Origin: Octopus vulgaris
Lineage: Eukaryota
DNA: 64,000 bases
NCBI GenBank assembly: GCA_951406725.2
Contig: OX597824.1
Span: 37,820,001-37,884,000 of the forward strand
Direction of reading: 5' to 3'
Position numbers and translations under genes: made by a program. Positions 53,748-64,000 of the stretch are shown here, piece after piece; the stretch's first letter is position 1, and each line of letters begins with the position of its first letter. The notes beneath the pieces were generated by a model, which was given only the letters and a program-made list of their open reading frames with translations, had not been told where the DNA came from and made no database searches.

Positions 53748-53977
53748 TGTTGTCATTTAGAATTACACCTCAATAATTTCTGCCTCAATTCTGTGTAATC
53801 TATCGGTTTCAGTCTCGCAATACCGTGCTGCACGGAATTTTGTCAGTGAACAGGTCGCGGTCTCAAAGCGACGAAGATATTTTGACAAATCAAATTTAAA
53901 TGATGAAGCGAATCTAACAGTTTTTGTGTGTTTTAAATGGCTTATAAACACATTCCACGCTGCAATTGTTATATATA

Positions 53978-55239
53978 CCAGGTCATCCCATAAGTTCTGT
54001 CCGATTTTACCTTTTTTATGATAGTATTTTAGAATGTCTAATGAAATTAGAAATTATTTTTATGCATTTTTGTACATTTAAACTAATTAAATATTATTTC
54101 ACAGAATAATAGAATCAAAATTTCTTTGATTAAAACCCTTTCTAACATGGAAGTATCCAAAGAGCATTTGAGGCACATAATGCTTTATGAGTACAAAAAA
54201 AGGAAACTCTGCTGCCGAAGCGACTCGAAACATATACTCAGTTTATGGGAAAGAATGCTTGAATGAAAGAACTTGCAGAAGATGGTTTGCAAAATTCAGA
54301 AGTGGAGATTTCAGCCTTGAAGATGAAGATCAAACAGGGGGTCCAGTTGAGTTTGATGATAAGCTTCTTGAGGCATTACTTGAAGAAAATCATGCATTAT
54401 CAGTTGAAGAATTGACAATAAAGCTTAGTTCAAACTACACAACTGTTCATCGTCATCTTCAACAACGTGGAAAGGTTCCTAAACTTGGAAAATGGGTGCC
54501 TCATGAATTGTCCGAAAACAACCGCAAATCCCGATTTGACATCTGCTCTTCTCTCCATTTTCGCGAACTCGTTTCACCCTTTTTGGATTGACTTGTGACT
54601 AGTGACGAAAAATGAATCTTCTATCGAAATGTTAAACGTCGTAAAAAGTGGCTTAGTAAAAGGGAAAAAGCTCATCCACCACCGAGAAGGGAACTTCATG
54701 GAAAAAAGGCTCTGTCTATCTTGTGGGATTGCAAAGGAGTAATTCACTTTGAATTGTTATCACCTAATGAAACAATCAATGCTCAAGTCTATTGTCAGCA
54801 ATTAGAGCGTTTGAACCAAGCTATGAAGAAAAAACGACTCGCTTTAGTGAATCGAAAAAGAAGTGATGTTTCATCAGGAAAATGCGCAACCCCACACTGC
54901 AGAGATCACATCACAGAAGATCGAAGAGCTTGGTTGGAAAGAGTTCCTCATCCACCTTATTCTCCCGACCTTGCTCCTTCAGACTACCATTTGTTTCGTA
55001 GTTTTCAGAATCGTTTGGGGGACATAACTTTCGCGAGCCAGGAGGAGATCGAAACTGACATTTCAGAGTTCTTTGCTTTGAAACCAGAGTTTTACATTGA
55101 CGGGATTTAAAAGCTTGTAAATAGATCGAAGGAAGTCGTAGATAATCGGGGAAAGTACATTGATGATTAAATTTCAATTAAATAACATTTGGTCATTTGA
55201 TTTCTTTATTAAAAATTCGGACAGAACTTATGGGCTGAC

Positions 55240-55243
<4 letters not shown>
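53978..55243 (+). mobile_element. Full-length mariner transposon, pseudogenised transposase
   Basis: TIRs (C/T)CAGGTCA(T/G)CCCATAAGTTCTGTCCGA, TA TSD; ATG at 54147; WVPHEL, VTSDEK, HPPYSPDLAPSDYHLF; stops and frameshifts. Confidence 0.96.
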
Positions 55244-55335
<92 letters not shown>

Positions 55336-55341
55336 ATATAT

Positions 55342-56020
55342 TTATTGAAGCTACCGTAAACTCTATAACCACTAAAGACACCGTTTTGACGAAGAAATAC
55401 GTGGGCCTGACAGAGGGTAATTTCAAGGCCAGGTTCAATAACCACACTTTGAGCTTTAGGCACTGGAACAAAAGAAAAGCGACACAATTATCCAATCATA
55501 TTTGGTCTTTAAGAGATAAAGGTGTCGATTATAACATACAATGGAAGATTTTGGCCAGATGTAAGCCCTATACTAACGGCAGCGGAAGGTGCGGTTTATG
55601 CGACATGGAGAGATGGCTTATCTGGAAAAGCAGCTTAGACCCTACCACATGTCTAAATACAAGGACAGAGCTTTTCGGATCATGCCCACATGTGACTAAA
55701 TTTCTGTTACGTTTTTGGTCCCCTAAAGAAAACGGATAGAACATGCTTTCTGTGTTATGTCCCAAGAAGATTTTATATATTTTTATATATTTTTATATAT
55801 TTTTATGTATTTTTATATAATTTTTATGACGAAAAATGCGAGCGATGTATAAGTACGCAGGCAAAGCAGAGTTATAACAGAGTAATTTCCCTTCATTTTT
55901 AACGGTATTTTTTCATAACGTTTTCAAATAGCCAGATAACCGAAGAGATGGTGTTGTGGATTTCCACTTCGGCATCTGAAACTCAGAGTTTTATCTTGAC
56001 TACCGAGTAATGTAACATAT
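55342..56020 (+). mobile_element. 5'-truncated Penelope-like element: GIY-YIG endonuclease C-terminus plus pLTR, in (TA)n
   Basis: Open frame KYVGLTEGNFKARFNNHTLSF..TQLSNHIW..WKIL..RCGLCDMER..LNTRTELFGSCPH, stop at 55739. Confidence 0.93.
55934..55996 (+). ncRNA. Type I hammerhead ribozyme, U4C core variant
   Basis: AGATAA-CCGAAGA-GATG..CATC-T-GAAACTCAGAGTT^-TTATCT: 6-bp helix I, near-palindromic AACTCAGAGTT. Confidence 0.8.
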
Positions 56021-56025
56021 TGTAT

Positions 56026-56066
<41 letters not shown>

Positions 56067-56123
56067 AGAGAGAGAGAGAGAGAGAGATTTATATATATAT
56101 ATATATATATACATACATATATG

Positions 56124-56169
<46 letters not shown>

Positions 56170-57099
56170 TATACACACACACTTATATATATAATATACA
56201 TGGGAAAAGCTATCTATATTTTGTTTTGTTTATTCTTTATTCCTTGTGCTTTCAGTTAGTCATTCTAAATTAAGATAAATCTTCAGTCACAATGACATCA
56301 TTTCATTTCCCAGGTGATATCATTTATCCTACATTTCAACAGCAACAATATATGTCAGTAATCTTTAATATCTCGCCATGATATCACTGAATACAGTATA
56401 ATAGAACCGATACGATGCTAAATAATTTATCATTATTCTCCAAGTGTTATGAATATTTCGAGCTTTCTCCCTATATTTGACAGATCTCATATACCTTGAT
56501 ATAATTTATTGCTTCGTTTTTCAAATGGAATTGCTTATATGCATTTTATTTGTGAAATAAAACGCTTCATATATGTTTATTAGGACCGAGAAGAATTTTT
56601 GTTACGCTGCATTCTAAACAAACAAACAATGAGTAAATAAACCGTTGATATGAGAGTTAAATCTAATTAAGACATGACAAGATGTTGTGACGTTCATTAC
56701 TTGTCTCTTCTATCATTAGTAACAAAGAGAAGCGAGACAATGTGGCTATATCCCTAATCTAAACTGAGTATTTATATCGCGCCTGTGGCGCTCGTCTAAG
56801 TTATTGTTTAGCCTCAAGTCAGCACTTTCCAAATCCATCTTTTAAAAGACAGAAAATATTTTCTCAGCTAACTTACTTACTGTATAGTCATAGACTGTCT
56901 CCATAAGTTTACACAGAAGAGAATCGAACTTTATTCATATGTAATAAATCTTAAGAAACAGCTTAAAACAAGTGTATCACTAAGAAATATAGTAGGACAA
57001 CAGTCAAACAATCTTTATGTAAGATTTATGAACTTCCAGATTCAAAACTCAGCTACTGGAAACGATTTCTTCAAACCGTTTTTCGGCGTCAATTTGACT

Positions 57100-57850
57100 A
57101 TAATGGCAGTTGTACAGTTGTGGAATATTTTAACACAACATTGCAAAACAAACGAAGCAATTTTCACAACGATACACTGTTTCGTTCCTATTTACACATC
57201 GAACATAAACCTCTATGGATAGGCGAAGAACTGTACCTAACAATTTACCAAAAATCTTGTAGACAATCCAAAGGACTAAACTCAATTTCTCAAACCAATG
57301 TCAGACACCCACTGGCCATTGTTTAATTCATAAAGGATTATCGTAAAATCGAAAGTATTTTCAAGCATATATAATGCAGTCTATTGTAGGACATCGACCC
57401 GAATATTATGGTCTGTTATATAACACATCCGCTGCAGAATAATAAAATCAGGAGTTATTTTATTTTTATTTCGTTAAGTATCGCATCGTATTACAGCCTT
57501 TGGCAATCCTGGAAATAAAGTAGGAATTTGTGAACTCTTGTGACACTCCTATAGATATTGATTGAGAAATTGTCAACTCCCAACGGGCTAAAGTAGTTTC
57601 TTCCCAACTTAATGGATCTTCTGTACCCTGAAAGATGGTTGCATAATTTTCAGTTATTCATCAACGTTCAACGTCCTTTCTTTCTTATGCTTTACACATA
57701 CGATACAGAAAACATGAAAATATTTTACGTCTTTGGCATGCCAAACAGATGAATAGATGCTCAGCGTATTACAATGGCATAGGGGAATTTGTGACGTATT
57801 TTGTAATGTTTTTTCGAGGTCAATCAAATTTCGGTAACTAATCAATTTTT
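57100..57850 (-). mobile_element. Possible highly decayed piggyBac transposase C-terminus
   Basis: Minus-strand remnants GVDNFSINIYR and RGLCSMCK..TVYRCENCFV resemble the GVD motif and the Cys-rich domain; many stops. Confidence 0.45.
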
Positions 57851-57949
57851 TTATGCTTTTCTGAAACTTTTTGTTTCTATATTGTCATGTTACTTCATGT
57901 TAATATTTACATAGGTGGGGAAGAAGTACTCAGTACATGAATTTATATA

Positions 57950-59074
<1,125 letters not shown>

Positions 59075-59083
59075 CAACAACAA

Positions 59084-59232
59084 CATCGAAAAATACCTTA
59101 GGAATGAGAACCCAGTTTCGAAATTTCCCCCAGACACCTGATGAAGGCTGGTGGGTATATCAGCCGAAACGTTGTGTTAACAACAAACAAGATGAGGACA
59201 AATATCCGTCGATTGTAAATAATGTAAATAAT
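59084..59232 (+). mobile_element. Solitary Penelope pLTR-like fragment after (AAT)n(AAC)n
   Basis: Short unique insert containing a canonical hammerhead. Confidence 0.7.
59133..59178 (+). ncRNA. Minimal type I hammerhead ribozyme, canonical core
   Basis: GACAC-CTGATGA-A-GGCTG gtgggtatat CAGCC-GAAACGTT^-GTGTT; palindrome AACGTT. Confidence 0.9.
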
Positions 59233-59477
59233 GGATTTCTCCTTCTGTTTTTTCTTTTGTCGTTCAGTCTGTGCCCCCGTCAACGGCCTTCTCTTACACG
59301 TTTATTTTTTATCTTTATTTTATACTTTCTCCGAATATTGTACCTGTTATATACTTTCCAGGCTTTTCCCTAGTGTTAATATTTTACTATTTTAAAAATA
59401 TTATTAACTATTTATACGTTTATGAATTTGTGTTGCAAGATTCCTGATGTGAAACCGTGTGTTGGAACAGATATTGT

Positions 59478-59908
59478 TGTATTTCAAGATGGTCGGGTTT
59501 TTTTCTTTTTTTGCCAAATAAACATAAGCAATATATTATTCGTTCTTTACTCGTTTATTACTGTTCTTATTCTAACTCATGTCCATTATCCGGAAATCTT
59601 TCGTCACACATCTGTGACCTCTTCAGCGACACTTTCTGTCTTCGTGTGTGTTCTTGCTCCGCTTATTCCATTCTTTTCTTCTATAGAAGAACGGAATGAA
59701 ATAAGAGAAGAACAGAACGGAATAAGCGGGGCAAGAGCATACACGAAGACAGAAAATGTGGCTGGAGAGGTCACAGATGTGTGACGGAAGATTTCCGGAC
59801 AATGAACATGAGTTAGGATAAGAATAATAGTAAACGAGTGAAGTACGAATATATAGTGCTTGTGTTTATTTGGCAAACAAACAAAAATAATGACCATCCC
59901 GAAATACA
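59478..59908. repeat. ~430-bp fold-back (arms about 200 bp, 23-nt loop)
   Basis: Arms 59478-59682 and 59706-59908; mismatches are mostly transitions. Confidence 0.93.
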
Positions 59909-61439
59909 TCGCGTTTTTTTTTTTTATTTTTCATCATTTATTCCTTAAATATCACTTTTCTCTTATCTTCCATTTCACCTCACATTCGTGCCTGTCACAT
60001 CCTCCTCCCTCCCATACTGTTCTTTCACATACAATACGATTACACATACGCACCGTCCTCCCACAAAAGCACAAAAGAAACTTGCCACTTTATTCATAAC
60101 CAGCAAGAACTCTGCAAATGCAAACAAGAAGTTTTAATATTCCAAAGAAAAATACAAATACATTTATAATGTGTACATGCGTATTTACTCGTAATGTGCA
60201 TGAGCACTTGATTATTCGTATGCGTGTGTGGGAGAGTGTGCGCAATTATATATGCATTTGTTGTTCATACATTAACGTAAAATATTTGGCTTTGTTCGTC
60301 TTAAAATACAAATAAAATGTTATAAAATATCTCAGTGACATTTCTTTTGTTAAATCTCAAATGCATTTCAAAACATGAAATAACCATTAACTTTTCATGA
60401 TAACGTGACCGGCTACACATTTCGAAACCCTAATATTCATTTTTCTAAAGATAATATGAACCCAACTGAAAGTGTAAACCAATCCTAAGGAGAATACAGC
60501 TCACCAAAGCTTGCATTAAAACGACGATGAATTTAGAATCCGATACTACAACAGGTCACTGAATCAATCAACATACGCAAATCAAAAGTAAACGTAGCAT
60601 GTGAATATGTTGCTGTTGTTCAACCCTACTCAAACCAGCAAGTCAGCTTTCCAGCTGTAACCATTACGTCCCTTTTTATGGACCACATGTTTAATATGTT
60701 TTTTTTTTCCTTTTCTAAGGCAGCAATGTTTGGATATTACTGCTATTTCTAAGAGAATGAAACATCACCAAGACGAACTCTCGTTTGGCTACTTTATGCT
60801 ATAGATAAGCTAATTGCGTCGCGCCTTTTTATTATTTATTTTTCTTATATATTTTTCTAAATTTCAAGTTTACTGTATCTAAAACTACCGACGATAATTA
60901 AATACACGATATTATATATTGTGTATATAACTGTTATACCCGGCTTTGTAATTATTATATAGAACAAATTTAAAATATAAAGAATAAAATATATAAATAT
61001 ATAGTGAGCCAAGGAAGCCGATAGTTTTTGATAAACAACGGCAGTAATTTTATTCAGCTAAATACACGTCATTGATCGGTTGAAATTACCGAAATACGAC
61101 AACTTTAACACGTAATAACTTTGAAAATACAAACTTTTCTCAACAACACTAAGAGTAAAAGATGTTTTATATGACATATCCTACCAGTGTCCGAAGTTTG
61201 AAAGTGTTTAATTAAAAACATTAATTTCTCGATCTGCCGTTCAAAGGGAAAAGATTCAGGACTTTACTAAATAAACCTCAAAACTATTGTAGATAAAATT
61301 AGATTATATATAATTGTGAATATTCAAGTGAATATAAACAAATTAAGCCAGTTTATAGAGTAAGATCCTAAAGGAAAGGATCATGAACCGCAAATTCCGA
61401 ACCTGAGTTTTACAGAATACAATTGGTTATATTAGCTGA

Positions 61440-61730
61440 AGTTGAAATTAGGAATCGCCGATGAAAGCCAACTGGTTAGCTTGTTCCAGAGGACTTTCGG
61501 ATCTGAACCCATGGATAATTTTCAGAAATCCCTAACCTGGCAGTACTGCGGGGGCACTACCAGTTCGTGATAATCCGTCAGCAGAGCCAGTCCGATATGT
61601 TCGCAGAATGACGAAACTGTTCTGCACGCACTCGTCCAATACTCGAACATTGCTGACTTGCGGAGTTATGTCGAAGAGTTGCTGCCATGTTCAGGATGGA
61701 CCTGAAAATCTGTGTCCGACGTTCGGGTGG
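61440..61730 (+). mobile_element. Tx1-like LINE zf-RVT remnant
   Basis: ADESQLVSLFQRTFGSEPMDNFQKSLTW..QNDETVLHALVQ, homologous to 51590-51860. Confidence 0.8.
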
Positions 61731-62729
61731 AGAACAAAAAAAAAATTGTAACAGTCAGATAAACAATGCGTTCCAAGATCGAACCTAAAGACTTGAAGGA
61801 TGTTACTATAGACCTATTATCTGGCGGCAAGTGTGTACGAACAAGGTTTCGTCTGGTGGAGAGGAGGTAACAACTTGAAGACAAAAGATGAGTGCCAGAA
61901 GAGATGCAAACATCACTATCACCACCACCATCACATATACTCGAATTATATGTGGTTCCAGGATAATCATGAAAGACAAAAAAAAAGCAAAAATATTTTC
62001 ACGTGAATAAATACACTTCTACTTAACAGACGTTTACTTCGCTTTCCTTTTCCTGAGATATTCTAGCTATTTATCATTAAGGCTAACATAAATTCTTAGG
62101 AATGTTTACCGTTTTGTTAACAATGAAACTGATCTTGTCAAGCAATTTAGAAAGCTGACGGATCTAATGACGCAGTAAATAGATTTAGGTTGTTTGATTA
62201 GGAGCATCGCTTTGTCACGAACAATTATCAAATAACAAATCTAAACATGAACAATAAATTTTGATTCTGTTTCAGTACAATCACAAACCTGTAAGTCTTT
62301 ATAAACCATTCAATGTGTTAGCAACTGCATTTGGCAAAGTAAAATTAGGGTGTCAGAACTAAAGTTTCGTGTTTCAAAGCTAAATAAGAAGTAATTGTTT
62401 AAAAAATGATTTGTGAAGACATCAGAAAGTGTAATTTCGTTGATGTGTTCATCGATCAGCCTGTTGAAAACAATGAAATTATCAGAAAATTCAACGCTGA
62501 TCTGTATATTCAATGATTTTTTTTTTTTTTTTTTTTCGTATTCTAAGCAAATTTCAGGAAATAAGTGCTGCTCAGTGAGCCTTTCAATCAACGTTAATGA
62601 ATACACACAATAACAAACTAAATAATTAATTCCTACTTCCTCATCCTTTTCTTAAAACTTTTGTAAATATCAACGGAAGCAACTAAAAGTGTTGCAACTG
62701 CTACAATTAGTGCTGTTATTGCTTCTGTT

Positions 62730-62785
<56 letters not shown>

Positions 62786-63266
62786 ACTACTTCTACTACT
62801 AAAAACTCAATTTCAAAGAATATTCCTCGCCCCAGGTATATCAGGTGGATATTTATCATTTTCTGAAATTCTGAGTCTTTAAAATTTTTTGAATTTCTTT
62901 ATTGCTTTTTCTCTCGTCTGTTGGAAGGAAACGGTTGAATCTATTGTCTTAAGGAATATGCTTACTTTTCCTCCTTGTGTTCATGTCTTTTTTGTTTTGT
63001 CAGTCTTTGGTGGTCGATTTTCAAAACTTGTTTTGCAGTTATAATGGTGACACGGTGTGTGCTGGCTATTGTTGTTTATACTGATGATGATGATTATTAC
63101 TGTTGTTATTGCTGTTGTTTTCTTTTTCTTTCCTTTTTAAAATAATTTTGTTAGTCTCGTTCACACGCAAAACCCTCACAACAACACACGCTCACACACG
63201 TACAAACACATTCTTTGTTTTGACCTGTTCTATCCATAATGTTTCTTGTGGTTAATAAAGAAATCT

Positions 63267-63312
<46 letters not shown>

Positions 63313-63894
63313 CATTATTATTATTATTATTTCCCGTCATGTTTTCTGCTTGTTTGGGATTTATTTTGGATAGAAATGTTTGGCGATTGTCTGCTTTTCT
63401 TTCGTTTATTTCCTCGTTAAGTTGTTGACTGTTAAATGCAGTTATTGTATGGTTCTAGAATGTTATGTTTCAGGTTGTCCCTTTTTATTAGGTTTGCTTT
63501 TTTTTTATTATTAGGTTTTCTGCGTCTTATGCATAACTGCAGTTGTATTGTTTTATGTTGCTTTGTGCGATATTTTTTTATTGCATGTACAATTATTTTA
63601 TTGAAAGCTTTCTCTGCAATTTCTTTGATGACAACAATGAACGTGTAGCAAACAGTTACATGACAGTCATCATATACGGTACATAATTATCTGGATGAAG
63701 TGCTTAGGTAGACTGAATCTGAATTGTCGCACTCGATAACATAAAGATATTTCACACACACACACACACAGAGGCTTAAATACTGCAAGTTATATTTCCT
63801 ACAGTATTTGTAGCACACCTAGACAGCATTGTAAAGTAAACAAAACTATGCATAAGCATGGTTCCTAATGTTAGTGATTGTGGTGTTGTTAAAT

Positions 63895-64000
63895 AAGGCG
63901 GCGAGCTGGCAGAACCGTTAGCATGCCGGGCGAAATGCGTAGCCGTATTTCGTCTGCCGTTACGATCTGAGTTCAAATTCCGCCGAGGTCGACTTTGCCT
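63895..64000 (+). mobile_element. SINE family B 5' part (runs off the window)
   Basis: AAGGCGGCGAGCTGGCAGAACCGTTAGC..GAGTTCAAATTCCGCCGAGGTCGAC. Confidence 0.92.

Noticed and set aside
56967-57326. ~120-codon open frame on the plus strand
   Set aside because: No start codon or recognisable family; better explained as the antisense of a decayed piggyBac-like remnant.
59443-59468. TTC-CTGATG-TGAAAC..GTT-GGAA, possible second hammerhead
   Set aside because: Helix II is absent and the core is incomplete.
61604-61626. GCAGA-ATGACGAAACTGT-TCTGC hammerhead-like stem
   Set aside because: Lies within Tx1 coding remnant (QNDETVLH) and has no helix II.

Overview
This is repeat-dense, AT-rich animal genomic DNA. 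The SINE families, Dong/R4, Tx1 and Penelope content and the extreme microsatellite load look like an octopus/coleoid genome (inference, not verified). No intact host protein-coding gene could be supported, and most ORFs in the track are microsatellite artefacts or transposon remnants. The window holds fragments of Penelope-like elements, (TAA)n-targeted Dong/R4 LINEs, Tx1-like and RTE LINEs, three mariners, several MITEs, a non-autonomous Helitron, a small LTR element and at least four tRNA-derived SINE families. The main signals are structured-RNA ones. (1) Six loci carry minimal type I hammerhead ribozyme motifs of the Penelope kind, including apparent compensatory U3-A8 and A3-U8 core variants. 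(2) A palindrome is built from two U2 snRNA 5' ends and looks like a snap-back cDNA; three longer fold-back inserts occur nearby. (3) A 243-bp TG..CA element contains tandem LTR-end + tRNA-Ser primer-binding-site units. (4) A head-to-tail SINE trimer sits inside one target-site duplication, and its tail resembles the 3' UTR of a Tx1 LINE in the same window. All calls are by eye, and boundaries of decayed elements are approximate.
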